From: Diadema antillarum
Lineage: Eukaryota
Reading direction: 5' to 3'
Length of the DNA stretch: 64,000 nt
NCBI RefSeq assembly: GCF_040938485.1
Contig: NW_027271369.1
Coordinates: 1,302,001-1,366,000, forward strand
The notes under the pieces were generated by a model that worked only from the letters and a program-made list of their open reading frames with translations, made no database searches and was not told the origin of the DNA. Made by a program: the position numbers and the translations under genes. Shown piece after piece: positions 48,237 through 63,175 of this stretch. The first letter of the stretch is position 1; each line of letters starts with the position of its first letter.

Positions 48237-51200
48237 ATTAAAAAGTATAAAAAGTCAGTAAGTTAAAGATGTGCTGTATTCCAAACACAACCCTGTACCA
48301 TCCATGCACTATTGTATTTAACATAAATCTGCTTGTGTTTATACACGTTTGACTAAAGTGGGTTTTTTAGGAATTCTGAAAAAAACAACCAAAACAACGA
48401 CAACAATAAGCATGAGGAACATCTACTCAGAAGTCATTTAGTTGTAGTTAACCCCCACCCCCCCCCCCCCCCACCCCCAATAAGAGCACAAACAAACAGA
48501 CAAACCCTCTCTGCCATGTTCATTGTTTTGGTGATAACATGATTGCAGTACTTGTGTACCAACATCAACTTTCACCGCAAAACTGAGATTTTACTTTTAA
48601 AATTTACCGAAAGGAAGGTGGGGAACCAATTATCCTCCAGTGGTTAATATCTTTATGAATTGGGAAATGAACATTTGAAATTTAGCATTTTTAAAGTATT
48701 TGCCTTTCAAAGATACTTTGTAGGAGAATTATTTCAAATACCCATGTTCCCAGTGGTAAGTTTTTAATGCATGTATGTTTATCTTTGTCTTGTAGGAGTT
48801 TATTCCATAGGAATGGACTAGCATACTAATTATAGAAATGATCAGTTACCCCTAGACTTATGAGCTTGTGGCACAATGAGTAGGGATAATGAGTAGGAAG
48901 ACCTACAGCTCCAACTGATGGTTGAAATGCTACTGCTTGTCAACTGTCATCATGTGTACAATCTACCGATATCATAGTGTTTGTACATGTACATTAGATG
49001 CGTGCACACAAGAGTGAGCAGTGTTGCGTACATTGTAGGTGTAATGTACATCTGTCCACTGTCAAAGTTTGTACACTGTACCTGTGATAGATGAGTGAAT
49101 ACATACTGAATTATGTATTCTTGTGTGTGAGTCATTATACAGTGCTCTGTACGTGCAGGTCTGTAGTTTTATTGTTGATCTCTTGTTAAGCATCATGCAC
49201 AATGCAGCATGCTTACAACTGCATATTCTGATTGATCGATTGAAATGATGTACTGATAACAATGTCAATGCAGCCAAAGGCTGAAAGTGTGTCAAAATAG
49301 CTAACAAAAAAAAGGAAAAAATTCAAGTACACAAAAATATTTATGATGAAACAAAATGTGATTAATGAATTACTACAATTTTGTATATGAGATACAGTTA
49401 TTGGAATGTTATTATCTTAGAGGGGGATCCTAAGAAGAAAAAAACAAACAAAAAAACCCGTCCATTCCGACAGATTGGAATGGACAGTTTTTTTTTCTTT
49501 AAAAAAAAAACGAAGTTCCTGAGAAAACCTGTCCATTCAACACTCCAACAAATTTAATCAGCTGTGATGACCTGTAGTGTCAGCTGAAGTTTCACAGTAC
49601 AATAGGTCCTTTCCATTTTATGGTAATAATATTGTATGACTTTCTGCTTTCCAATGCGTGTTCCTCTTTTTTTTTTTTTCCTTTTTTTCAGAATGTAAGG
49701 TATGAGCACTTTCAAATGGCTAGTAACAGAGCATACTTGGAATCATTTTTACCCATATTGATAAAGAAGACTTGGCTAATTAGAATGACATTTTGGTATT
49801 GTCGTTAACAGGCAGGTATCTCTTTATGAACCTGCACAGATGTGGGTTTGACCGGCTTAAATTTTCATACCTCCCAGCTCATTCTGCAGGGCTAGCCGTG
49901 CAGCTGTTACCGTTGAATTTCCACAGATGCTCCATTGGTTCATTCAGGGAGGTGGGCTTTCCACCTCCCTGGTTCATTCAACCGTTGATGAGGCTACCCA
50001 TCCAGGACGGGTCTCTAGTGTTTATCGTTGCATGTCCTGTAGAGAGGAAAATATACTGTACAACAATACAGTGCCTTTTAGTGCACTGTATCTGGAAGCC
50101 TCTAATTGTACTGGTTCACACAAGTATATTCTGTTCAATGGGAATGGCTGTGTGAGAAAGAATCATTGTGTGTTGAAGTGTATACAAATCAATGTACAAA
50201 ACATTGCTGCAAACATGATGAGGTCTCACATGAGTTAAACTGTGTACAAGGGTAAGCCATACAGTGTACATCACCAGTATATCGTCGCTGGGTTGACAAG
50301 ACCTTGTAACTGTAAACTGTAATTTTGGTGAAAGTGACTTTTTGGGGTTAATGGTAAAATAATCAGTAAAGTGATGTCCTGTCCAAATCCTAGATGTTCT
50401 TCAAATCCCCAAAATGAAGCTACCACGTCATGTCAAAGGAATGTCTATCCCATTGGATACAGTACTTTGGCTGCCACGTTTTTTTGCTCTCCTGAACATT
50501 TGACATTTTGTAGATATACGAGGTCTTGTCACCCCAGCGACGATATCATTTTGCAATTTGGAACTTGTCAGACAATTTCATGAGAAATTGACTTCGTGAT
50601 CAAGAGTCAGAATGATGGAAAGAGAAATAAACATTATTTCTTTCCAGGAATTTAGGGTACTGATTTCCCTCCATGCATTCCAAAAATGACAGCTCATTTG
50701 AGTAATAGGCAACAATGTTTTTGCGAGTTGTTACATTGTGTGAGTATCAGTTGGCTTGCAAAATTGCAGAAACAGTATCTACAAACATACTTTGTACACA
50801 TTAGACCTTGTTAAGATGACTGCTCAAATTGTTGTTGATACTGAAGTACATTTGAAATGAAAAACAAGATTTTGAACACAATTACTATGAAGATGAAATC
50901 TGTTTTTTGAATTGTGGAACCCAACTGAAAGAAAATGGTGCTTTTGTTTAAAGCCAGAGTTTAATAGCAAAGCATTCACAAAACTGCACAGTTTCAGAGT
51001 CTCAAACATGTACACATCAAGTGTAACATGGTAGGTTTGATAGGAAACACTTGAGGAAAATTCAGTGGCAAAAGCATTAACTTAAAACAGGAAACAAATT
51101 TGATGCATCATGCATTTATCTCACATACGCTATTTTTAGAGTTTAGTAGCTCAATCTTTGAATGTGCTCTCTTGTGGGTACAGTAAATGTATATTATGCT

Positions 51201-53085
51201 TTCAATCTTTAGAATCAAGCATGAAAAAAGAAGTAGGAAAGAAAAGTCACAAGAGGAATATCACACTCCACTGTGATGGGCATGGAGAGATATGTACTGT
51301 ACACGTGTATAGGAAAAACACATTAGCTAATGCCATACACATCACTGATATAGTGATAATGGGTTGTAATGCTTGGTATTCGCCTCCCTCATTTGTTATC
51401 TTCTCTCATACATGTACTGGCAGTCCTTTTCACAATGTACAATGTGTGTACCTGGGTGTAGATTTTTGTAGCTTGATTTGACCAGTTATCATTCTTATAC
51501 AGTGTACAGCTATTAAAGCAAAGAGGCCAGATATAGACATTTTTTTTTACACCTACTTTGGACTGCAAGTGTCATTTTCTTCACTCATAACGTACATGTA
51601 CAGTTTATGTAATATACAGTACATGTATAACACACACATACAATTGTACACATGTACAAAGCTCACTCATGTTACACTGTGACATATAAAACCTTAGTGA
51701 AAATCAAGGGTCCAGATTACATTGTACCCTGGTACAATGGATGTGCCTGGTCAGAGTGATGATACTTATATATGGCATATGTTGCATGAATGCAAGTAGA
51801 TGTACAGTGCTAATGCTCAGTTCAGTGTTGTCAAAACCAGTTTTGCCCCGAATGGCTATGGGAGAAAAAATAAAATGTAGTCTCCTAAATGAGCTGACAC
51901 ATCCTTGACGACTCATATTATGGATTTAAACAAAACTTCATAACATTTCAACACCTTGTCTGCAAATATTCCTCAAACTTTACGTTTATGTGTTCTGCTA
52001 ATATTTCTACATTCACTGAATCCACATTACAAGGTACAACATTTCTGGTAAATACATCAAGAACAACACTTAATATGCAGTTTGCATTCCACTGAATTAT
52101 TACACTTTGCGAATAGCCTATTGCAAATTATTGAGAACCTATTATGCGTACAGTGGGTCAGACTTGGGGCCCATGCATGCAGATTACACTTTACAGTGTA
52201 AACATTGCTTGGGTATTCAAACCTTCGGGCATTCTATTCTATAATATACAGACATAGTGCTATTTATAGCACTGAAATGTTGGAGTTGGTTATTGCATGG
52301 ACCTTTCTGTTAGGTCCATGGTTATTGGTATATTAATGGACAGATAAGACAGAGACATCCGTCATTTATGCGTTGTATCTACCCAGATGCTATCAAGTAT
52401 TATAACGATTGTGGAGGTATGATAATACACACCGTTTGGTCTTTTTTTTTTCTTCCAAAACTCCTACACATGCATGAATTAATGAGCTGACTGATTGGCT
52501 TCTTTCTGTCTACTTTGTATTGCTTGGTTCTTTCATGGTTTGTGTTGTGTTAAATTATGGTGAATCAAGAAAATATGAAAATAGTGGGAAAAAAAACGAA
52601 TGTAAATTCCTTTATTGTATGAAGACACACTGATTTGATGCTGAATGTACACTGTACTCATGCTATTGCATGTGCTGGGACAATAATTATCATTATGTTA
52701 TATCCGTATACTGTAGACTTTCCTAGTAATAGTAGTATTGAAGTTTGAGGTTATTACACTTGTGTATGTTGATATATGGCAGTCTCAGCTGCTCCCTACA
52801 GTTGTACATTGTACAGTGCTCACTTGTCAGCCAGTTCACATTGGTCCAGACCATTTCATGGCTAGTATACACTTTACTCGGGTTGTAGCACTTTTTCTTC
52901 ATTCTAAAAATACCAGCGAACCTTGAAGAGAAGAGAGATGGAATGTTGATTGTGCATAGAGTACAGTACAGAGCTCTGTACATGTGTGGAAAAGCACAAT
53001 GTGTGTTTGCAGTACAATACTGGTACGTGATATATGATTTCATGTCCAAGCTTGTACATTGTACCTAAGGAATTCATCACTGATG

Positions 53086-53261
53086 CAGGGAATAATTTTC
53101 CAACTCACATTTGATTAGCAATTTCAGCTGACGAACAATATTTTACATGGTATCCTGTACACTTCTATGGAAGAAAACTGCTACACAAGAGTTAGTTTGT
53201 GTAGCAGTGTCGTAAAAATGCATAACAAATTGCGATGCGATACCAGGAAAATTATTCCCTG
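53086..53261. mobile_element. hAT-like MITE with 6-bp TSD
   Basis: TIR CAGGGAATAATTTTCC / GGAAAATTATTCCCTG with CTGATG directly on both sides. Confidence 0.8.
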
Positions 53262-56200
53262 CTGATGTATCTCAAAATCATTTTCGATCTTGATTTTATT
53301 TTCATATTTCACAATGAAAAATACATTAGATATAACTAAGGATATCCGGCTAGGGTGCACACTAAAATATTACAAACAAACATGTTGTATGTACACATGG
53401 TGGTCTGTCTGTGAAACTTGTAATCTGAAGTTTATAAATGCTAAAGAAATATAATAGAACCTACATACTATACTTAAAACCGAGCTTACATGTAGCTTGT
53501 TGAATATTTGGTTCATTTGGAAGACCAAGGCTGTTGTCTGTGTACACTGTAGTTTTAATTCAGGTATCATTTTGGAAATAATTTCCTGGAAATGAAATCA
53601 AGATGATTTTACACACTTAAAATACAATATGTACATGTACATTGTACAATGTATGTACAGTGTTTGTATGTCTGTGTGTGTATGATATATGTGTATACAT
53701 GTGTGCATATACATGTACGAATGATGTAAATGCATGCAGTATCTGCTATTCACAGAATGGAAACCCAAGAGGTTCTACATTGTATCAACTATAAACTGTA
53801 CAAGGTTCATGATTGTGTACAATGTTTAGAAGCTCTTCCACTCATGTGCTAGCAGTGTACTGTGTATTCACAGACTGTATACAATAATACAACATAGGTA
53901 GTACATAAAATTACCCGTTGTAATGTATCGATGGCAGCTGAGGTAAATGTCACAGGTTACTGTATTAAGCAAGATACATTGTACCTTCTTGACATCAAAT
54001 TTGTGCGATTTCGAGCCGACGGTCTTTTTCGCGGTATGAAGTTTTTTGCAAATTTCCACTGGCATTCTTGATGCATGTTTGTACTTGTAAATATAGTGTA
54101 AAAGAACTTTAAATCGCAAATCTTGGCTCTTGCAGGACTTGTGAAATTAAAATGCAAGCGAACATTTCTGGTTCTCCAGTAATCCGCTGCTCCTATACTA
54201 GATGACTTCTGTGTATGGTCTCGGGGGTTTCAAAATCCCCTATAATAGGCAGTGCATTCAAATTGAGCATCTCCTTTGTTTTGCCGTAGTGTTAAAACCC
54301 TGCACACTATTAATAGATACATTAGCAAATGTGCCATTCTTGGCATACCCAGCAGTGTATCAATGTATTTCCATCAGCACTGAGACAATCTCAAGTTCAG
54401 GCTCCTATGGTTTCTGCTGTTGGTATTGTGCATACCTCCTGCTGTATAATAAGGGGGCGGGGCCAGTACACTGGCCTTGTCTTGGCTTTGACGTCATGTG
54501 ATGACATGTGACTCTTTCAAGCAGAATTCCACCCCAAACACTTCATACCACACCACAGTGGGGAGTCTCTATTTAACACCGATAATGATGCTGATGCATG
54601 GTCGTTTAATTGCAGCACAGATTAGACATTTCTTTCAAACTGTTTTATCACGATGTTGTGTATACATGTAGTTGATACTTTCATAGGAGAGAGTCAAATT
54701 ACATGAATAGAGTAATTTTCATTCATTGTGTGAATATGAAAATGAATGTTGTGAGCTCAAAATCTGTTCTTCAGTATACAGATTTGTACAATGTAGGGCC
54801 TACATTGTACAGTGTACGATGGTTGATGCACTCATGAAGGAAAATTATCCAATGTGCAAGTATATTGTGGGTTGCAGTGTATGTATTACAAGAGATCAAG
54901 GATGCAGTGTATCTGTACATGGCGTAAAATTTCATAGACATGTAGGCCCTATACCCCAGTATCCATAATTGTACAGGTTGTATTGAGTATTGAATACCGT
55001 TACTCTGCCTTGTAAACAGAAAGCGTAATGTATTTTAAAGTATCCAATCTACTTTATGCTGTGTCCCCTCCCCCCCCCCCAAAAAAAAGGAAGAAATGAT
55101 GTAAATTACAATTTGCAGTTAACAGTTTTTTGTGAAAAATTCTATCATGAAAGTTGTTATTTCATGTCACTTGCTGTTTCTATAACAATGGGGTTCTGCT
55201 GGATAGCAAATTATAAATTTCATGTGACAATTTTGTGCAGTACACTCAACAAATTACTACTTTGACAAACTGCCAAGTACATTGTACAGCATGTCAGCCT
55301 GCTTGTAGTTCAAAGGTACAGTTGTACAAGGTTTTACCTTAGCATAAATTTTGTTTTGTACACTGAGGTTCTATACATGGTTGTACAAATTGTAGATAGC
55401 GCTTGCTGCTTTAGTATGAGCCAGCATGCTAAGCCAGCGTGTAGAAAATGAGTACGTCATTGTGCCCCAGTCTTTGACGCACCTTGTTCCATCTATAGAC
55501 AGAAGACAGTCTAAGTAAACCCTTTGAAATGACCGTTCGTTCGTTGATAGCAAAATCAGGATTATGCAAACTGCTTGCAGTGCATCACCCTTCTGATAGT
55601 ATACAGCTGAGATTAGTGAGATACCAGACATAGATTGAAGAAAAGATAAGAGACACTGATGCTGTGTCATTAAGAGGTTGTACAGTACCTGTAATCATGT
55701 GTTAGTCTCACCTTGTGCTCTGTGCTGTAAGAATTATGAGGCACATTTTATGCCCTGCTATTCAAGGCGCAGCGAACATGCTTCTACAGTGAACATCCCA
55801 ATTTATGCCAACAATATCAGTCTTCCCATTACTCAACCCATTGACATGTTCAAGGTACATTGGAGAAGACCTTTGGAAAATGAATGGGAAGGGTACGTCT
55901 CACACCACAATAGGATAAAACATGGTCAAAATACAAAATGTGAGTAATTTATCTTGCGAATGGAAATGAAAGATTAATTGCTTTCATTGCGTCTCATAAA
56001 AGGCACCTGGACAATGTCTCATGCACTGAAAAAAATTTCTGAGGTATATGCATACATTGCACATTCAGTTATACTGTAGATGCCAAGTATTTCGCGGGTG
56101 TAGTAGTTCGTGCCCCGGGAGCTGTAAGACAATTTCGCGGATGGTTGAATTCGCGATCAGGAACGCGAACATCATACTGCTTGCATGCACTCAGCATAGG

Positions 56201-56958
56201 CAACTATTATGTTGGCATGCATACAACGTGCACATACAGTTAAGGCATCTGTGTACAGCTGCTGCTCACCTATTGCATGTACATTGTACAGTGTATGTAC
56301 ATCGCTCTCATGTACGGTATAGTAGGATGTAACTTGAGGGCGATACTTTGGCAGGTTGTTAAATTGTCTAGTTTTTTGACATGCAAAATAAAAAAAAACC
56401 CAAAAGAAAACGAAACCCCCATAAAATATTCAGCATCTGAAGTACTAAATTGTGTACATTACACACAAATGGAGAGAAGGAGAAAGGTAATTGATCTTAC
56501 TGCTATGAACAGTGGAGCCTTTGTAGTGAGACATTTCTAGGAAATGGTCTTTCTACACTGTTATGCATGTTATCACATTATATTCTTGGACAGAACTTGG
56601 CTGTATTCCAACTCAAACAATGGTTTTATTCTTATACAGTATATGTTCAATAATGTACTACAGATGCATAATCTTTACAACCCTACAATGTAGGGTGGTT
56701 TAGTCAGTGTAGTGATACCAGCATATTTCTCATGATGTATGTGGGAGTTAGGGCTGATGTGATGTGACAAGTGTCATGACATTACCAGTACTCCAATTTA
56801 ATTGCAAGTATTTAACCTTGCGTCTGCTAATTTAAAACAGGGCATAAAGGACAAATGCCAAATGTTGGCATTGAAAAGCTATTACATCTACAATTATAGC
56901 TGTAATTATAGTAACTTGTGCGAATCCATGTATGATTGTCAGCACCATGTGTGATTAA

Positions 56959-57043
56959 CCCGTTGAGGACGGTTTGATTTTGCTACAACACACATTTCTC
57001 ATAGACACCTGCTCGAGTATACTCGGGACTCGTCCTCAACGGG
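56959..57043. mobile_element. 85-bp piggyBac-type MITE
   Basis: TTAA-CCCGTTGAGGACG ... CGTCCTCAACGGG-TTAA. Confidence 0.9.
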
Positions 57044-57574
57044 TTAACTTCATATCTACATACCATATGGACAGGGCTTACAATTAAGGAAGTATGAATA
57101 TAATTCTGAAAAGGAAATCAAATCTACATTAGCTATAAACGTAAGCTGATTATCTGGTTTTTACTAGATAAGACACTTTCAATTACACAGTAATGAAAAT
57201 GACTGAAACATTTTTTTTTTTTAATGTGCTAATTTTGTACTACAATTTGTAAGTGAAAAAAAAAAGACTTTTAAATATTCATACATTTGTATTTAAATGT
57301 CAGTGCATAACCTTCTTGTACACTCTTATTTGGGTTAAAAGCGATGCACAATGTAAAGATGTGATTGCTACCCCAGAGTGAATACTCTTGGACATAATGT
57401 GTTTTAGCAAATAATCAACATAGGTGAAGGTGATGGGACAAACTATCACTTCCGAGGTGATCTGGATGTAGCTACCTTTCCGAAGCGCAGCTGAGGAAAG
57501 ATAGCGTACACATTCAGATCGTTGAGGAAGGGATAGTTTGTCTCATTGCCTGAAACTAAAAGTTGATTATTTGC

Positions 57575-57990
57575 TTTATATTCCACATCTAGGGTCCTAG
57601 AAATTCCCATTTTATTCCACATCTGAAACCGTTTTGGCTGTCTTTAGGTATCCTTAGGGCTTAGGCTACGTGTGCGCGTAGATGACAAAACAATGAATTT
57701 GCTGCGCGCATAGCGCGGCACCGAAGTGAGAGTGCGTTGCACTGTGTACTATCAAGTGACCTAGGTCACATGATAGTCCACAGTGCAACGCACTTTTATT
57801 TCGCGCGTACTCATCTTGCGTTAGGACTGTGTGGACTGTGTGGAGATCAGCGAAACAAAAGGGACTATCAACATAGAGTGTAACGAACTTTTCTTCTCAG
57901 GTGATGTGATGGGCAAAACTACGCTTCATCATGTGATCAGCTCTGGACCAATCCTATTGCAACATTCTTAGTATGTGGAATATAAAAGTT
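57575..57990. mobile_element. Unclassified CpG-rich element with inverted ends
   Basis: TTTATATTCCACAT / ATGTGGAATATAAA inverted pair around a CpG-rich interior that contains palindromes. Confidence 0.55.
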
Positions 57991-58320
57991 AATAATACCA
58001 AAGGTGTAAAAGAATACTATGCCGTGCTGGGGTAATGATTATTACAGCCTGGTCTTGTGGGAGAGTTGAGCCAGTACTGAAGAAGCTGCCATCAATGGTG
58101 AATAAAGCCAGGATGTCCATTAGTGGTATATGATATGTACCATTTTCATTTAAGCCATTCCTAGGTCAAATGTCATAGATCTGCTGACATGCAATGTACT
58201 ATGGAGAGATCCATGTACATTGTGTATGTCTTGGAGTAAAAGATGCTTTTGCCTGGGAAGAATGTAACCATCTAATGGTTATGCAATGTGCACTGTGTAT
58301 TATGAAATACTGTAGCTGAA

Positions 58321-58945
58321 AGCTGTGTTCAGACGGAGGCAGTTTTGGTCGGAGTAATTTCGGAGTAAGGGTCGGAGGAAGCTTGGTCGGAGTAACTTCG
58401 GAGGATAGGTCAGAGTAGTGCCCGTTTGGACAAGGTCGTGGTAACTTCCTCCGATCGGAGGAACTTACCACGACCTCTTCCTCCGAACGAGATACTCCTG
58501 AGTTTTCTCAGGAGTATCTCGCTACCACGACTAGCCGGTCGGAGTAAATTGCCCGTGCGGACAAGCCCTCGGAGTATCTATGAACTTACATACCTTACGA
58601 TCTAAGCAAAACTTCCTGGGTCAAATTGCAATGTTGACATTTTGCGAGTACACGTGCAATTTTAACCTAGTCGATCGCGACAAAGAAGCTAAGCGCTCAT
58701 GCAGAAATTTCCATTAACAAGAATGGAGAAGACAAATGCCACTGGTAAAAAAACAATCGCATGGTCGACGTGCGCGGCGCTACTACTTCCGGAAGTTACA
58801 CCGACCCTCACACATAAATTGGTCGCAGTTTCTTCCCACGACCGTCGTGTGGACACAAGGGTCGTGGTAGGATATGCATTAATTTAAATATCAATTACCG
58901 TGCCATAAATTTTTACTCCGGATAGAAATACGTCTGAACATGGCT
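58321..58945. mobile_element. Harbinger-like non-autonomous element with internal hairpins
   Basis: AGCTGTGTTCAGACG / CGTCTGAACATGGCT termini, TCGGAG repeats, and hairpins at about 58434-58475 and 58488-58521. Confidence 0.7.
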
Positions 58946-58995
58946 TATATCACAATACATTCAATTTATGTACTGGGTATACATAATGAGACATG

Positions 58996-59234
58996 CTGTA
59001 TATGCCACATATTTTCATTTCAGTAATCATATTTTTTGGAATTGGGACTTCCCAGTAATTCTTCAAGTAGTTAAATTCGTGATTGTGAAATACAGTAATG
59101 AACGGCAGAATGTACATGTCGCATTTATGTATGGATCAGATTTAATATTTTGGGTCGTTGTTAAATTCACGAATAGTGCCTGACTCTTATAATTGGCAAA
59201 AATAAAAACCCAGCAAAATATGTGGCATATACAG
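58996..59234. mobile_element. MITE with CTGTA/TACAG ends
   Basis: 20-bp perfect TIR CTGTATATGCCACATATTTT / AAAATATGTGGCATATACAG. Confidence 0.8.
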
Positions 59235-59376
59235 TACAGTAAAACATGCATACAAGTGTACACACAAATCATACACATCAGGATTGTTGAGGCTATAATG
59301 TAGATGCCACTTTCCACTATCCACTTTCCACTTTGCTATGACTGGAAAGTTCCTGGAGCATTCCCTTCCCTCATCC

Positions 59377-59999
59377 TTAAAGGGGAAATCCAGTCCAAGT
59401 ATAAGTTAACCTGATAAAAAAGAGTAAAATCTTACGAGTTCAACAGTAAACATTTGACTGAAATTAGAGGAAAAATAAGGAAGTTATGACATTTTGAAGT
59501 TTTGCTAATTTCTGCAAAACAGTTCTTGTACAGTGGACATGAATATACAAATGAGTGAGCTAACCATGTCATAACCTTACAGTTTTCCATTGATCGTGTA
59601 CAAAATAATGATGAAAATTCAATATTTCTGTCACTGAATTCTGAAACATGATGTTATTCCTGGTTGAATAACTTCAGAATAGTGATCAGTTAGATATATG
59701 AGGATTTGAGCCTCGGGCATAATTGCGTTTGAATGAAAAACTGGAAATTTCACAATTTTATGTACAAACTATATAATGGTACTGTAAGTTGTGAGGGGGT
59801 GACATGCTCACTTTGCCATTTGCATATTTATATCGACCGTCCAAGACCTGTTTCCTGAAAAAAAGCAAAACTTCATTAATGTCATAACTTCCTTATTTTT
59901 CATCCGATTTCAGTCAAAATTGTGGTCGTTGAACTCATAATATTTTACTCTTTCTTTTATACCAGACTAACGTATATTTGGACTGGATTTCCCCTTTAA
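59377..59999. mobile_element. Kolobok/T2-type MITE
   Basis: TTAA-AGGGGAAATCCAGTCCAA ... TTGGACTGGATTTCCCCT-TTAA with long imperfect arms. Confidence 0.9.
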
Positions 60000-61041
60000 A
60001 TTGAGAGACAGTTTACATTAGCTCAGCTATGACATCTGATTATCATCCACAGCTTAGATTTTTGGGAAATTGTCAAGGCTTGGCTGAGGAATCTTTTTTC
60101 CGCTTGGGAAAAAAAAAAATCTTGCATTGTTTACTAACGCTTGACTGCAGTGTCTGTCAACCCTGTCTGCCTCAGCAGAGGCTGATGTTTAGCTGTCTGT
60201 CGGATGGGACATCTTATTAACATTTATGGCTTCCTTCACACGCCGAGTCTCCCCCTCGCTATGCATGAGGGATAAAGTGTTAATTTGATCCTCGGTAATT
60301 AGAATGACCAGCAGAGATAATTATATTCTTTGTCATTCCCCAGAGACGTAACCAATGAATGGCTGTTACAATACCTACTAGTCGTTGTCTTTTAAATCAT
60401 TTCACATCAAATGATGTCCACTAGTTTCATACACATACATGTAGAACATTGTATGTGTTGTACACACCATAAGTTCTGTTCTTTCTTCAGGATGATCTGT
60501 GCAGGAGAAACGCATACAGTCCTGTAATGCTAATATCTCACTCTACTATTTCTTTTTTATTTGTTTTGTGTTACTCTTTACATGATGACTGTTAATGTTA
60601 TCATAGGGAGCATCAATGAAATGTAATGACTCTGACCCAGCTACAAATAGTGTCAGGTTATCATGTTCAATTTAAGAAGGATGAAAACTGTGAGTGTATT
60701 GCCAAGTAGTGGTAGGCAGAAGAATTATACTTTTTTTTTCTTCTTTACATCTCAATCTCAATAACAGATTGTGCAGACTTCAGTTGTGCAGACCAAAAAA
60801 ATAAAAAAAAATAAAAATAAAAAGAGAGAGAGAGAGAGGGAGAGAGAGGGGAAAGAAAGAGTGATATATGAAGAAGTAAGCAGGATCATTTTACAATTCA
60901 TTATCAGATTTTTTTTCAGTTGGATTATAACAACACATTAGACATGCCTTGCATTCCATGTTCCTGCTTCTTTAAGGATGTTTGTGTTTCCTTAACAACC
61001 TGCATTCTCACCCTGCATACATTTCCTCCATGTTGCCATAG

Positions 61042-61157
61042 AAACCAGTGGCAGGATGCATTCCTCCGGAGGACATTGGACTACCCGAGATCAAGGAGCC
61101 TCCTATTCCTCCCCAAAAGGACCACATACCTTTCTTTCTTAAAGGGTTACCACCAAG
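61042..61157 (+). CDS. Cds: Cds exon 2
   Basis: CCATAG| KPVAG...IPPQKDHIPFFLKGLPP AG|GTGAG; aligns with CdsA LPQGTDKTP...KDLPDR; phase 0 to 2. Confidence 0.8.
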
Positions 61158-61820
61158 GTGAGCCACACATTATCCTTCTTCCAATCTTGTTGTGATCATA
61201 TCCTGTTGCAGAACTGCCAACAAAAACATAATTATGCTTTCTGAAAATTTTCTCTTCAAATATGAAATTTGATGTAGCATGCATACACATTAAGAGATGA
61301 TGAGCTTTTTTTCCCAGGTAGGCATGTGAAGTGTAATGTAACAATCATTGATGCGATAAAAAGATGGGTCTTTTTCATATTCCAGGCCAGAAAATAAGGA
61401 TCATTATATGTTCCAAGAAAATGTCATCATTACTTTATATTGTTTAGCATGATTCTAAGGAAATACATTACAATGTACATATTTTTGTTTAATTTCATTA
61501 TCTATGGACATGATGTCATGAACTCTGTCAAAACAGTTATCAGAATATCTTGTGTTAATCTCTGAAATATTGTGCAATTGATTTTGTTTTTCATTTTCTT
61601 TGACCAAGTATCATCTACAATATCAATGCTGTGAATATCTACATGTATGTGTATTGGATGCAACATAACATAAATGTATTGTCTGTTAAAATAGTCACTT
61701 TGTGTGTTGTGAATATCTGCATTTTGTGTATGTGTGTATGTGTGTGTTTGTAGGGTATGCATTTTTTTTTTTTTTTTTTTTTTTTGATAAGGGATATTTG
61801 TGTATTTTTGGAATCACCAG

Positions 61821-61917
61821 ATGGCAGAACTGGGTGATCCGTGGGGCCGTGTCGTTCGCCATGGTGATATTCTACACTGTTGTCATCTACATGGGGCCTG
61901 TGGGTCTGACAGGACTG
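61821..61917 (+). CDS. Cds: Cds exon 3
   Basis: CACCAG| (R)WQNWVIRGAVSFAMVIFYTVVIYMGPVGLTGL |GTGAG; matches RWKNWxxRG...IIYxGP. Confidence 0.95.
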
Positions 61918-62035
61918 GTGAGAAAGAGATTTTTATCACAATTCTCATATTTTATGCAAGTCTTTCTTCCCGGGTGTGGAAGTGGAAGATGAACGATGAA
62001 AAAAAAATGGCCTGAAGCAAGAAGGCGATGACATG

Positions 62036-62222
62036 ACATTTGCTCCTGCGACAATTGCTGCAGTCTTATTTTCTCCAAGGACTTGGGGTTAGGGTTAGGA
62101 TTTTGACAGGGTTTTAGGTTTAGTTTGATTTGTGGATTGGGATTAGGGTTAGGGTTATGTTCGTGGGTAAAATTTATGTTCAGGCTTGAGTAGCATGCAG
62201 ATATTTCATGGGAGCAATTGTC
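62036..62222. mobile_element. MITE containing TTAGGG-like repeats
   Basis: GACATTTGCTCC...GGAGCAATTGTC inverted ends around GGTTAGGGTTAGG tracts. Confidence 0.6.
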
Positions 62223-63175
62223 AACAGTGATGAGCAAATGTTATGGAACCGGTAGAGGCAGAGATATGTTTACATGTCATTTTGAAATATGTACTATCTA
62301 CAGACACACACCTGTCATTACTACAATTGCTCTATTGCTATTGAAGCATAAATCTTTGGAGGGCCAAAGTGCACCAAGCCCTTACCCTTTTCATGAAAGA
62401 ATTTGGAGGAACAGGGATTTTTGATTTGTAAGGGCACATACTGGCAACCTTGTGAAAAAAAAAAAGATTTCATAGGCAGATGAATTGTAGATACTGTTTC
62501 CTAGAAGAAGATATTTCCTGCATTGAAACTACCTGCGTGTGGGTATGTCACACAGTGTGGTGTGGTTATGCATCATAAGTTGTCATTTCTGTGCTGTAAA
62601 AATTACCTTGCCAGTCTCTGGAAGATGTTGGAAATATTGAACTAATGAATCTAAAACAAATTGATATTAAGCTAGCCCAGCATAATGTGATTTTAATATT
62701 AGAGAGTTTATTTGTTCCATATACAGATGTATATCAATATCACTGTAATATGTGCATTGCCTCGCTGGAGGCTGTTAGCATGATATGCGCAATGTTAAAG
62801 TTGTATATATGTAGCATGGTCTCATTCCACAATCATATAGAAAAAGGGGAAAATGTGTCATGGACAAAAAAGAAAAACATGCATTCTCCTTAAACATCTA
62901 TTAACTTTTATTACTATTCTCCATTAGCATGATTATTCTATTGTACTTATGACACAAAAATAATTTCAGGTGTACCCCTTGAAGATGTCTTATTTCTTCT
63001 TCTTTTTTTGTGTGTGATATATTAGACCCAACACAGGAAATTTCATTTATGGTTTCTCCAAAAATGCAATTGTATCCTGTGAAATTTGTCATTGACTTCA
63101 AAGTCACAATATTTTAGATGTACTTTTAGCAAGTACATTTTCCAAATGTTGAGTTTGATGATTTGAATTCCATAG

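Noticed and set aside
60490-60522. Possible extra Cds micro-exon (TTCTTCAG|DDLCRRNAYSP|GTAATG)
   Set aside because: Exons 1 and 2 already join in phase, and the peptide has no CDS similarity; RNA-seq is required.
62086-62160. Interstitial telomere
   Set aside because: Only a few degenerate TTAGGG units, enclosed by inverted ends of a MITE.
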